Assembly (NCBI GenBank): GCA_053919585.1
Contig: CM132816.1
Source: Euprymna scolopes
Lineage: Eukaryota
Reading direction: 5' to 3' (one strand)
DNA length: 64,000 nucleotides
Positions 51,135 to 63,403 of this stretch are shown piece by piece. Below the pieces are notes generated by a model. That model was given only the letters and a program-made list of their open reading frames with translations, had not been told where the DNA came from and ran no database searches. Position numbers and translations under genes: made by a program. The first letter of the stretch is position 1. The number at the start of each line of letters is the position of its first letter.

Positions 51135-51643
51135 GAGGAGCTGCTCAGAGTACTCTTTCCTGCTTTGACACGATACAAAACCGTCTTCGAAATCTAGTGG
51201 GTTGCATGTCTTTTTGCCTCACTACTTCCTCTTTCTCACAGAAGAGATATTTGCTCTATCATTATTTTCATGGCAAGTACTCGACTGAGCTTCAATCCCC
51301 TGCAAAACATTCACAACAAATACTAATCTAACTACAGCAACTGCCATTTATTTCCTTTACTTTCTATCTGTGCCTAAACGAAAATTCCATGAGCAAAGTT
51401 TCTTTCCTAGAAATTTTTTTCTGTGGAACACAAAACTGTGGGACTACTTCCCAGCTGACTATAACATGATTGTTTTAAAATCTAATGTAAATAAGTTCTT
51501 GTTGAGCCATCCTTTTAAATAATCAAATTCTACTCAAGTTCCACCACTACTGATCATCACAGTGTATTCCCAGTCTACACAACACTCATTATCCTCAAGT
51601 AACCCTTGGGCCTTGATAAATGGTGAGCTCTTAGTAAAAAAAT
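51135..51643 (+). mobile_element. LINE family A 3' fragment
   Basis: Homologous to 16350-16860; shared 3' UTR. Confidence 0.75.
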
Positions 51644-51738
51644 AATTATATAAACATGGTGTGCATATTATGATTTACCAGTATTTTTTCACTTGCTACT
51701 TATCTAAATATATTACTAAAATATTTATATAAAATCTC

Positions 51739-52516
51739 GGTTATAATCAGCTAACATACTTCCTATACTTCCTAATTTTCTGTGGAGCACTATCAGAAAT
51801 GAAGACAAGGCAAATCAGTTCTTTACTTTTATTGTTCTTCAGTATTTCTATTGTGAAACGATTTATTGAAATAAAATAAAAGGCCATTGCTGAAAAGTAT
51901 ACAATAAAAATTAACAAAATTATAAAAAAGATAAAAATAACACAATTAGTCTTTATTTACACTGTTAATAACAAAATAAAAAAAGTTTTTAGTTTATTTG
52001 AAATTTTATAAGAAATAAAGTTTATGAAATTATAAAAATTAAAGTTTTTTATTTGAATTCTAAAAATAAGTTTATTATTAGAATTTATATAATAAATATA
52101 TGTCAATGAAAGTATAAAAATAAAATTATTGAAATCATAATAAAATTTAAAACATCATAAAAAAATCATATCCAATACATAATATTCCCAAAATAGTTTT
52201 AAAAGATTTTATAGTGTTTTCAATAATTCTTATAAAAAAAGTACAAAAAGTGTTTTCAATAATTCTTTAAAAAAATAAAAATAAAACTAATTTCAATAAT
52301 TCTTTAAAAAAATAAAACTAATTTCAATAATTCTTTAGAGGACCAAAAAATCTTTTCAATGATTAATAAAAAAAAAAAAAGAAAGCGCAGAAAAACATAA
52401 AAAAGAGTATGTGCACAGGGAAAATATCGATGTGAGAGAAAAAAGCGAAGGAACTGATTTGTCTTGTCCGGTAGCGTTACGCTGGAAGTTAGGAAGTATG
52501 TTAGCTGACTATAACC
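51739..52516. mobile_element. MITE (GGTTATAATCAGCTAAC TIR), copy 2; Merlin-type ends
   Basis: GG..CC termini; 8-bp flanks aaaatctc/aaaattcc. Confidence 0.82.
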
Positions 52517-53029
52517 AAAATTCCTTTTGTTAACTTTCATTAAAATCCTCTGCTTTTCGCTAGGAGTAAAGTGTAGTATCAGTTCTCATACTATACTTCA
52601 TTTTTTCTGTCCCAAGTCAGTAAAAGAGAAATCATTCTAGATTGTAACAATCATTAATTTTATCCCAATACAAAATACCATTTTTTCGGAGCTGGGTTTT
52701 TCTCTCCCCTTACAAACAAACATTGAGTCTAACTCTACTTTTGTGGCAAGGTATTACGGCATTTCATTTCACCTATTGACCATCTGTAGCCTCAATGAAA
52801 ATTTCTTAGTGATCAATCTTTTATAGTTTTTGGAAAATTTGAGATTGTATCCTCTTGTTCTGGTTGCGGTGAGAGGTAGTAATCTTCACCTTGCATCAGG
52901 ATCTTGTTTTACTCACATTCACCCCAAACGAGGCATATCGTCACTTGAACGTAAGGGACTACTATTTGGGACTATGCCTATGAAAGAAAAAATAATGTTG
53001 GTTGACGTTACATTTTAATTTTTGCATAT

Positions 53030-53655
53030 CAGTATAGTCAGGGAAGCAGGTAACAGGAAGGGAATTCCAAAGTCCAGTTGTTCGAGGGAAGAAACTTTCT
53101 GGCATTTAAGGACCTCAACAGTGAAGGGGTGAGATTTTATTGCTAAACGGGTTTGTGGGGATATTTATGCCGAAGGGGCACAAGTGCAACGAGTTCATCA
53201 GAACACATTCCATTAAAATATATGTAAAACAAGCACAGAGATGCAACATTACGATGACGGGACAGGGGTTGGAGCTTAATTGACAAAGTGGGACAGGGGT
53301 TGGAGCTTAGTTGTCAAAGTGGGACAGGGGTTGGAGCTTAGTTGTCAAAGTGGGACAGGGGTTGGAGCTTAGTTGTCAAAGTGGGACAGGGGTTGGAGCT
53401 TAGTTGTCAAAGTGGGACAGGGGTTGGAGCTTAGTTGTCAAAGTGGGACAGGGGTTGGAGCTTAGTTGTCAAAGTGGGACAGGGGTTGGAGCTTAGTTGT
53501 CAAAGTGGGACAGGGGTTGGAGCTTAGTTGTCAAAGTGGGACAGGGGTTGGAGCTTAGTTGTCAAAGTGGGACAGGGGTTGGAGCTTAGTTGTCAAAGTG
53601 GGACAGGGGTTGGAGCTTAGTTGTCAAAGTGGGACAGGGGTTGGAGCTTAGTTGT
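53030..53655 (-). mobile_element. LINE family B fragment ending in a 31-bp tandem array
   Basis: Homologous to 15850-16120. Confidence 0.8.
53259..53655. repeat. 31-bp G-rich minisatellite (gggacaggggttggagcttagttgtcaaagt), about 12.8 copies
   Basis: Near-identical tandem units. Confidence 0.97.
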
Positions 53656-53879
53656 AGACTTGAATCACATCATCTTGATCACACATTGAGGCATTGCTTT
53701 CAATTTCTTCTCGTAGAGTAGAGCCTGTAGTGTCACACACATCTTGGTAGCTCTGGAACGGTCCATTAAAAAGGCACCAATATTCATGGTTTAATCTCAT
53801 CATTCGCATATTGGGTTCATTATGCATGTTAGCATGAGTTTGACATCTTGAAGTAATTGACTTCAAACTAACCTGTTTC

Positions 53880-54250
53880 TAGCCAGATCTTTATTGACCC
53901 CTTTTTCTCTCAAATATATCCTTATTATTTCTCCCCATGCAACGCATATCCTCAACCCTCACTGGCCAGATTTCACTTCCATACATCATCACTAGGGCTA
54001 TGACGAGAGAATATTATTTTCATTATTTTGATTCTCAATTATATATCCGTTGATATCTTATATGTTTTTAGATAGAGTAATGTGGTTCTCGATTGATCAA
54101 CTGTGTCTCGAGAGTCAAAACAATAAGAATGTTCTCTTGTCATAGCCCTAATCATCATACTGCATTCACATGACTGATAGACTCTTTTCTTGGTTAATAA
54201 TGGTTATGCTCTGCTGGTTAGTAATGGCAGAAGTTCCATGAACTTAATGC
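53880..54250 (-). mobile_element. RTE-type LINE fragment
   Basis: Minus strand KFMELLPLLTSR ... MMYGSEIWPVRVEDM, split by a hAT MITE. Confidence 0.65.
53993..54150. mobile_element. hAT MITE inserted in the RTE fragment
   Basis: TAGGGCTATGACGAGAGAA / TTCTCTTGTCATAGCCCTA; 8-bp TSD atcatcac/atcatcat. Confidence 0.85.
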
Positions 54251-54367
54251 ATTCATCATCATGCAATCTAACTTGCACCTGCTCCACTCCACAAATTGGT
54301 TATCGTTTCTCAACCTACCAGGAATTCCATTGAATTTCTTGCATATTTAATTTTTTATTGTTTTTTT

Positions 54368-54995
54368 TCTCACCCTAAACAAGGCACAGTGGCACTAAAT
54401 CATAAGGGGTTACTATTTGAGACCAGATTGGCAGTGATACTATGTAGGGATTGGGCTGCGAGATGTCTATTCACATTATACTTGAACTTTTGCATGTCAG
54501 TACAATCAGGAAAGCAGGGGCCCTGGAAGGGAATTCCAAAGACTAGCAGTATGAGGAAAGAAGCTATTTGAGTAGGAGTCTTTACAGCATTTAGGGATCT
54601 CTACTGTGTAGGGGTGGGATTTTGCTGTTTGTCGGGGTAATTATGTTGAGAAGGTACTAGTTCTTTATGTTCATCCGAGCACTTTCCACTAAAATACTTG
54701 TAAAACAGGCATGAGGGTGGCACATTTCGGCGATGAGACAGAGGTTGGTGTTTAGCCGACAGTGCAGGACCTATTAGGTTGGCGACTCTTTTGAACATGG
54801 TTTAGGAGTGAGAAACTAGTGGCAGATGCACCAGCCCAGATGTGGCAACAATATTCCATGCATGGGTGAATAGTGGCTTTGTAGAGATACAGGATTATCT
54901 TGGGTGTGAGTAACTTTCTAGCACGGTATAGAGAGCCCACCCTCCTCACAGCAGCGTTGACAATTACCTCAATGTATTCGTTCCAATTCATGTGG
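54368..54995 (-). mobile_element. LINE family B 3' fragment
   Basis: VGSLYRARKLLTP..PCMEYCCHIWAGAS..PLSHRRNV. Confidence 0.87.
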
Positions 54996-55204
54996 GTCTA
55001 GGAAGTTGAGAGAAGTACTTTCAGGTTGTGCATCATAAACCATGAAATGGTTTCTTGTAATTATTAAACGAAATAAGCTTAGTCTTGGTGAGTTTCAAGT
55101 ACATTGAAAGATTGAATTTAATTGATTCGATTTAGACAAAAAAAAAAAGAAGGCAGATGAATGCTGGGGATGAATTGGAATAAAAATGTTTTTCTCTTTT
55201 TCAG

Positions 55205-55381
55205 ATATCCGCTGTTTGCCACGAAGCTGCTTTGTTTGCGATGCAAGAAGACATTAACATTGATAAAATTCAACAAAGACATTTTCAGAAATCGCTCAAA
55301 GTTGTTCAACCTCGAATTACAGATTCTTTATTGGAATTTTATAAAAATTATGAACAAAAAAGCAGTTTACATCCTGTGTAA
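55205..55381 (+). CDS. AFG2A: SPATA5 exon 15 (ISAVCHEAALFAMQED...LHPV*)
   Basis: tttcag acceptor; TAA 55379-55381. Confidence 0.94.
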   Translation: MSAVCHEAALFAMQEDINIDKIQQRHFQKSLKVVQPRITDSLLEFYKNYEQKSSLHPV

Positions 55382-55409
55382 TGTAAATTTTTAAAAAAAA
55401 AATTAGTAA

Positions 55410-55428
55410 AATAAATATTTAAAATAAA
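55410..55428 (+). promoter_or_regulatory. Candidate polyadenylation signals (AATAAA x2)
   Basis: AATAAA at 55410 and 55423 just after the stop, followed by a T/G-rich tract. Confidence 0.5.
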
Positions 55429-55582
55429 ATATTTGTTGTTTCTTTACAATAACCCCACCATGAAAAAAAATGGTATAGAATTTTTTTTTAAATCGTCCAA
55501 TTTTTGGTCTTCATTCTTTAATAGTTCTTAATTCTGACAATATTATTGGATAAAAAAAAAGTTGATGTAAAACGTTGGTTTT

Positions 55583-56130
55583 CTGAAAGAAAAAAAAAAT
55601 GTAACACAATTAATGAAGTATGAAAGAAAAAAAAAAATGTAACACAATTAATGAAGTACGAAAGAAAAAAAAAATGTAACACAATTAATGAAGTACGGAA
55701 GAAAAAAAAATGTAACACAATTAATGAAGTACGAAAAAAAAAAAAGTAACACAATTAATGAAGTACGAAAGAAAAAAAAAGTAACACAATTAATGAAGTA
55801 CGAAAGAAAAAAAAAAGTAACACAATTAATGAAGTACGAAAGAAAAAAAAAAGTAACACAATTAATGAAGTACGAAAGAAAAAAAAATGTAACACAATTA
55901 ATGAAGTACGAAAGAAAAAAAAATGTAACACAATTAATGAAGTACGAAAGAAAAAAAAATGTAACACAATTAATGAAGTACGAAAAAAAATGTAACACAA
56001 TTAATGAAGTATGAAAGAAAAAAAAAATGTAACACAATTAATGAAGTACGAAAGAAAAAAATAATGTAACACAATTAATGAAGTATGAAAGAAAAAAATG
56101 TTACATAATTAATGAAGTACGAAAGAAAAA
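55583..56130. repeat. ~36-38-bp minisatellite (gaaagAn-tgtaacacaattaatgaagtac), about 15 copies
   Basis: Tandem units differing in A-run length. Confidence 0.95.
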
Positions 56131-56740
56131 AGAATTACTTTTCCTCATGTGGATAGAAAATTTAGTCAACAAACAATTTGGCTGACCTTATAACTGGCAT
56201 AGGTCACCTAAGGTGAGCAGACAGCAATGGTTGATATTTTACCCAGAGTTTGGGGAAACTGAAATATATTTCATTTCAGTACCAGAGGAGAATCTTACCT
56301 TCCACCTCCACCCCTGAGATTGCAATGCAAGAGAGATGATTTAATAATTTGATACATTAAGAGAGGAGAATCTCTCCTGAAGTAACAAAAAGAGAGAGTT
56401 TAGAAGGAACCGGACAATACAAGATTGCCTTATTGAATTCTCGATACAATATAATTAGCTGCATTTAGTAGCTAAGAGACTCCATTTTTGCTTGCCACTG
56501 GTTTCTATGTTGTATTAAAACAGATCTCAAACTTAAAAACCAAGTCGCCCAGACTTGATAATGCAGTCAGTTCAAAGACACTAATTAATTAATTTCTAAT
56601 TAAAAAAAGTGCATTTAGATGTTTTTCTTTTTGTTTTTCGAGATATGAAACTCCTAATTATTAAATTTTTGATCTTCATAAATAAGGCTGGTTCATTACT
56701 TTTTTTGGTACTTGTGCAGAATTGGCACCAGATGTAATTA

Positions 56741-56818
56741 TTAGGTTGGTGCAAAATTAATGCTGTTTTTTTCATATGAAGTTGAACGTCAAAAAACATT
56801 ATTTTTGCACCAACCTAA
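56741..56818. mobile_element. 78-bp mariner MITE, MADE1-like
   Basis: TA|TTAGGTTGGTGCAAAA...TTTTGCACCAACCTAA|TA; a second right end at 39770-39814. Confidence 0.88.
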
Positions 56819-57757
56819 TAATTGGCAGCTTGGCTTTCCTTGGAATATGACGTCAACCATCGGCTTTTGCCGAATGTTGCCGATTATCCAAGCGTAATAG
56901 TGCTACTCAAGGAAAATACAGGAGAAAACATTTAAATCAATAGAAAAAAAACGGAAAAAAAAAAAAAAAAAAACGAAACTAAAAAAAAAAACAATTTCTA
57001 TTTTATTCTTGTAACAATTTTTAAACATGAAAAAGAAAAATAAATAAGCATTTTTCCAGAATGGATTGAGTCAACTCCATCCATATGTGCCACTGCATCC
57101 CTCATGAAGACTGACCAAACCAACGATTGGGTAATCTCCAGTCACTCACTGCACCAACAACAAACACCTTAGATTCAGAGGTTCACATAGGAGTTTCAGA
57201 TCAGATTTAATTGTTGTAAAACAGATTATTTTTTTGTCTACTCCATCATTTTTTTCAACCCTCTAGGATAGCTGAAGCAATTACTCCAATTACGGGCAAA
57301 TGGCATCACTCAGCCAGCATAGACATCTTGTGAGGATGACTTGTGTGAAGGAGTTAATTTTGTAGGAGAAACATACCGTGTTGTTTGCAAGGAAATGCTG
57401 CCATTGGACATAAGATCACAAGTTTCCAACCTTGAAGCATAACAATCGTGATTTCATACATTTTCAATTTGTCAAATAAATCAAAATTCTGGCAAGACAT
57501 GCAAAATTAATGCTAACCTTGAATTCCTCATAAAAGTTTACTTAGTTGAACGGTTTTGTTGTCAATTATATGAAAAAGTAGATGGTCATAAAGAGAGGAA
57601 AATATCTAAATGTGCGAGGCACAAAAAAGTTATAACTTCTTTATTTTTAATAAGTTTTAAAATTAAAAAAACAAAAATTCTTTCTTGGATCATCAAGCTT
57701 TTTCTATGTATGCCATTATTGAGATATTTTAAGCCAATTAAATTTTTTTCATATGTA

Positions 57758-58992
57758 GGATGAACCGGGGGGGGGGGGGGATTCCACCTCCTTTACATAT
57801 AATGGGAAGTAACTGCTGTCAGGAGTGCTGTTTCATCCCTAACTTGAGTCGTCCATTTAATAGAGTTGCTTCCCTTGAATAGCATTTCCTTTCCAGAAGG
57901 CATTTTGGTGGGAAATTTGGCTTCTTCAAGCGTGAAAACATCATGCTACTCCATCCATCAAGAAAGAACACCTTTCGCACGTTTTTATGATGATAGTGTC
58001 AAGATGTTGCTTTCTTAATCTGACACATTTTATACTAATTTGTTATCCTTTTTTTTTTTTCACTTTGAAACACTCGATCTTTCTATTTCGGGCTGAGTAT
58101 AGTCAACAGATGGGTTTTATCATCTATGCTTCTTGGGGTAAATCCACCCCCTAGTGAGGTGGAATTTCCCAATAGTCATTCTGTGGAGTCCTGAAGGATT
58201 ATGCTAGCAAAAACAGTAGCCAGGATATATGGGGAGAGTCTGACATCTGCTGAATTTATTCAGAGGATGGCACAAGAAGAGAAAGAAAGGCAGCCTAAAA
58301 GAGCAAAACTCGGGCCAGCTAAAAAGAGGGAGGGAAAGGAAAGAGGGAAGTGAAAAGGAAAGGGGAAGAAATCAAGAGTGGAAATATTTGCTGAGCTCGA
58401 GTTCAATTGTGATGAAAGTCATGAAGATTGGCAGCCAAAATGGTCAGCCTGAGTTGGCAACAATGATGAAGATGAAAATTTCTCAGCAAGAAAGCAGAAA
58501 GTAAAGAGAAAGGGAAAGAAAGAACATGCTACCATCTCTGATGACGATTCACAAATCGGGGACAGCGATGAGAGCTGGTCAAACCAGTCACCTCATGGTG
58601 ATGATTACGACAATAATGAACAAACTCCGTCAACCCGGTCAAGAAACCTCTTTGAAAACTTTTCAGTCAAACAATAGGCTAGGCTACCTTGTGTGGGTGT
58701 AGAGCTGGCTTTGTTTGTGTTAGGTGCCTTTGAAAAGACACTGTAGGGCAATTATATTGTTACTTATATTTTTGATGCTCAAAGAAAGCAAAGGAAATGG
58801 AAGGAAGAGGGGGGTGGAATTGCCCCTTTTTTTTTTTCGTAAATATTGAAATTGATTTAAAACATGTTACATAAGTTCAATTTTTTTTTTTTTTACATAA
58901 TTACATATTAAACTGTTTTGTTAACTTTTCTTTTAGTAAAAACTATTATTTTGTCTTTGGCAAGTTGGGGGTGGAATTACCCCGGTTCACCC
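57758..58992 (+). mobile_element. Deleted pogo/Tc1-like DNA transposon
   Basis: TA-flanked TIRs ggatgaaccggg..attccacc / ggtggaattacccggttcaccc; subterminal ggtggaatt repeats; remnant GESLTSAEFIQRMAQEEKER plus a basic tract. Confidence 0.62.
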
Positions 58993-59089
58993 TATTGCTA
59001 TTTTTAAACTATTATCAGTTGTTCTTAGATGGCAGATCAAGGTTGAATTGCCTTTGAAAAGCAAGTTGTACTATAAAAACGGATTTTGT

Positions 59090-60253
59090 TTTTTTGCAGT
59101 TTGTAATAATGTTGTTATTATTTTTTATTTTTTGCAGTTTGTAATAATGTTGTTATTTTTTATTTTTTGCAGTTTGTAATAATGTTGTTATTATTTTTTA
59201 TTTTTTGCAGTTTGTAATAATGTTGTTATTATTTTTTATTTTTTGCAGTTTGTAATAATGTTGTTATTATTTTTTATTTTTTGCAGTTTGTAATAATGTT
59301 GTTATTATTTTTTATTTTTTGCAGTTTGTAATAATGTTGTTATTATTTTTTATTTTTTGCAGTTTGTAATAATGTTGTTATTATTTTTTATTTTTTGCAG
59401 TTTGTAATAATGTTTTTATTATTTTTTATTTTTTGCAGTTTGTAATAATGTTGTTATTATTTTTTATTTTTTGCAGTTTGTAATAATGTTTTTATTATTT
59501 TTTATTTTTTGCAGTTTGTAATAATGTTGTTATTATTTTTTATTTTTTGCAGTTTGTAATAATGTTGTTATTATTTTTTATTTTTTGCAGTTTGTAATAA
59601 TGTTGTTATTATTTTTTATTTTTTGCAGTTTGTAATAATGTTGTTATTATTTTTTATTTTTTGCAGTTTGTAATAATGTTGTTATTATTTTTTATTTTTT
59701 GCAGTTTGTAATAATGTTGTTATTATTTTTTATTTTTTGCAGTTTGTAATAATGTTGTTATTATTTTTTATTTTTTGCAGTTTGTAATAATGTTTTTATT
59801 ATTTTTTATTTTTTGCAGTTTGTAATAATGTTGTTATTATTTTTTATTTTTTGCAGTTTGTAATAATGTTTTTATTATTTTTTATTTTTTGCAGTTTGTA
59901 ATAATGTTATTATTTTTTATTTTTTGCAGTTTGTAATAATGTTGTTATTATTTTTTATTTTTTGCAGTTTGTAATAATGTTGTTATTATTTTTTATTTTT
60001 TGCAGTTTGTAATAATGTTGTTATTATTTTTTATTTTTTGCAGTTTGTAATAATGTTGTTATTATTTTTTATTTTTTGCAGTTTGTAATAATGTTGTTAT
60101 TATTTTTTATTTTTTGCAGTTTGTAATAATGTTGTTATTATTTTTTATTTTTTGCAGTTTGTAATAATGTTGTTATTATTTTTTATTTTTTGCAGTTTGT
60201 AATAATGTTGTTATTTTTTTTTTATTTTTTGCAGTTTGTAATAATGTTTTTAT
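59090..60253. repeat. 38-bp satellite (ttttgcagtttgtaataatgttgttattattttttatt), about 30 copies
   Basis: Highly homogeneous tandem array. Confidence 0.97.
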
Positions 60254-61323
60254 TGAAAAAGTTCCATATGTGTACTACTCGCTTAATTCTGTTTTTAGTT
60301 CTTTGCATGGACATTAATTCTTTTGTATTATTTATCCATTTATTTATTGTGGACTAAATTTATTGCACAATAAATGAATAAATAATACAAATTACTCATC
60401 TCAATAAGAATTTCAATTAATTATATAATTCTTTTGTGCTTCTCTTTTGTTTATCACTGATAAATGTCCATCATAATTGTGTATGTGTATGATGCTATCA
60501 GTGTGTATGATGCGATCAGTGTGTTCCCTCCGCCCTAAAATGTTGGGAAATGGGAGAAAAAAGGAGGAAACAATATAGCAAATGAAGAGGAAATAGATTT
60601 ATCAGTAGAACAAAGGCGTATGAAATTGTTCATCTATACACACAAAAGGAAGCTGAAATAATATTGTTAAGCAAGGTGTGGCTGTTATTTTAAGACAAAG
60701 GACTGAACAAGGGATCAGTCGCTATATTTCAGAGATGGTTTTAGGAGTTGTGATGGGTTTTGTGACAGTTGGAGACAGATTACAGCAAGAGCAAGAGAAC
60801 GCTGACAAACTTGGTTTTGATAACAAAACTAAGATATGGACGTTAGCACTCAGAGAGTAGTTTTTTATGATACTGTCACAAATGCACACCCAGAGTGCAA
60901 CTGATATTCATAGAAAGTGTTGGAGTGTTTTATTTTACGTTTTTTACACATTGTGAGCTAGCGCATGCCCCTTCGATGTCCGCCGCTGTGAGATGATATC
61001 GACATGGCCAGAAAAAAGACTACAGAAATAGTGTTGGGGTCAGTGATTTTGCCAAGCAGGGGTACACATAGTTTTGTCATGTGCATACGAACCTTTACCT
61101 ATTATCCTTTTCCTTCATTTCTCCGTTTCCTTTTTCTCATCGGCCACATTGATTCTTATGTTTGGTGGTACTCATTCGATGCATAAATCAAACTTATTTC
61201 GTACAGCGAGAAAATTACAAGGAATTTTAGAGAGTTTTTAGAATTTATTCCGAAGCGAAATATTTGTTTGACAATTATAAAATCACTTTGCAGGGGATAA
61301 ACACAATACTGTACACTAAATTA

Positions 61324-61551
61324 GTGGGGTAGGTTATCTCAATATTCCATCAGAATCTTTCACTTAGTAATACAAGCACCAAAATTGGCACAAATGACGT
61401 TTAGAACATGCATTTTAAGAAAAGAACATTAGCCATCAGAAAATTGAAGATGGCTGCCACTTTTCAAGATGGCTGCAGAAGTAAACCTGACAAGTTTCAA
61501 TTTTGATGCTTGTATTACCAAGTGAAAAATTGTTTCAGCAATCTACCCCAC
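61324..61551. mobile_element. TA-flanked MITE
   Basis: gtggggtag / ctaccccac ends; inner inverted block gtaatacaagcaccaaaattg / caattttgatgcttgtattac. Confidence 0.68.
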
Positions 61552-61690
61552 TACTTATTTATATCTGTATTACAGACGACTAGGACAACATCAGTACCAC
61601 CGGTTTCAAATCCAAACAAAGGGGACCTATAATTGGTCTCCTTTACCAAACTAGATTAAATGTATTTTTTAATAAAAAAATGGCAATCCA

Positions 61691-63403
61691 GTGGATGAAA
61701 AACGTGAAATATTACCTAGCATCTTAATCGATCACAATGAAAATATTAATAACGACGACAATTACAGTACTTCTGACGAAAATAGTAACCAGACACGTCG
61801 ATACCCAATAAGGGAGCGAAAAAGGCCAGACTTCTTACAAATTGAAAAGATACAACATTATGCTGTTGATTACTGTTATTCGTTGAACAGCGCACCGGAA
61901 AGTTATAATGAGGCAATTAATTCAGAAAATCACCAAGAATGGGAACAAGCTATGGTATCCGAATTGAAAGCTTTATCTGAAAATAACACATACGAAATAG
62001 TGGCCAAACCAACAGATAAAAATATAATTTCTTCATGCTGGGTTTTTTTCCAAAAAAATCACAGCTTCTGGCAGTGAAACTTTGTAAGCAAGATTTGTGG
62101 CAAAAGGTTTTTCACAAATTTCTAGAGTGGAATATTTTGCAACATTTTCACCAATGACAAATTTAATGACAATTAGAATTTTATTACAACTCGCCACTCA
62201 ATACAATTTAAAAATACATCAAATGGATGTAAAAAATGCTTATTTAAATGCTTCGATTGACTGTGAAATCTACATTTACCCTCCAGAGGGATTTAAAATG
62301 AAAAATAAAAATTGGGTGTGGAAACAAAGTGCACACAATTGGAATTTAACACTCAATAATTATTTAATAGAAGAGAAATTCAAACTATGTCCCGTAGATG
62401 CGTGCATGTGTACCAAAAATGTAGGTAATATTGTTGATTTTGTTTTTTTGGGTTGACGATATATTACTTGCCTCAAACTGTGACAACACTTTAAAAGATG
62501 TTAAAAATTAATTAAATAAAAAATTTAAAATGGCCGATCTTGGACGACTGTCATGGTTCCTTGGTATAAAATTTACCTGTGAAAATGAAACTATAATTAT
62601 GAACCAATCACGATACATTGAAAAAATTCTGCTCAAGTTCGGAAAGCAAGATTGTAAGCCACGTTCAACTCCCGTCGAAATGGACAAAAATAAAAATATA
62701 GGGACCGAAACAAAATTCATAGATAACCGAATATACAGGGAAATGGTAGGGAGCCTCATCTACTTGATGACCGCAACAAGGTCTGACATATGTTACACTG
62801 TAACAAAGCTATCTCAAAACTTATCGAAACCGACAATTAAAGACCTTAATCGTGCAAAACAAATCCTTCGTTACCTAAAAGGAACCAAGGAACAATCTTT
62901 AAGATTTTAAAAAATCTACATATCCTCTAAATTTAGAAGGCTTTTCGGATTCAGATTGGGCTAACTCTGAGGATAGAAAGAGTATAGCGGGCTATTGTTT
63001 TAGACTGTCAAAGACTGGACCTATGATCTCTTGGAAAACTAAAAAGCAACAAATTGTTGCCCTTTCTACTTGTGAAGCAGAATATGTGGCTCTTACTCAT
63101 TCCGCGCAGGAGGCAATTTTTCTGAAACCCCTTCTAAAATCTATCTTAAAACCAGATCTAAGTAAAAAACCTATAGTAATTCATTGTGATAATCAGAGCA
63201 GTATCTTATTAGCAAATAATTTTATGATTTATCAAAGGTCGAAGCATATTGATATCAGATATCATTTTATAAGGGATGAAATAAGAAAAAAATCTATTAC
63301 TCTTACTTATGTGACGTCTGAAAATAATATAGCTGATATTTTCACTAAACTTATAAAAAGAATAAAATTAAGACATTTTATAACAGAACGTTTTGGAATC
63401 TAA
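61691..63403 (+). mobile_element. Ty1/Copia pol remnant (RT plus RNase H) with stops and frameshifts
   Basis: ARFVAKGFSQ, IHQMDVKNAYLN, (W)VDD, YREMVGSLIYL, SDSDWA, ISWKTKKQQIVALSTCEAEY, RSKHIDIRYHFIRD, NIADIFTK; no LTR seen. Confidence 0.93.

Noticed and set aside
55518-56037. Repetitive ORFs on both strands
   Set aside because: Translations of the ~37-bp minisatellite.
53259-60253. 31-38-bp repeat arrays as possible CRISPR arrays
   Set aside because: Units are contiguous with no unique spacers, there are no cas genes, and the context is eukaryotic.
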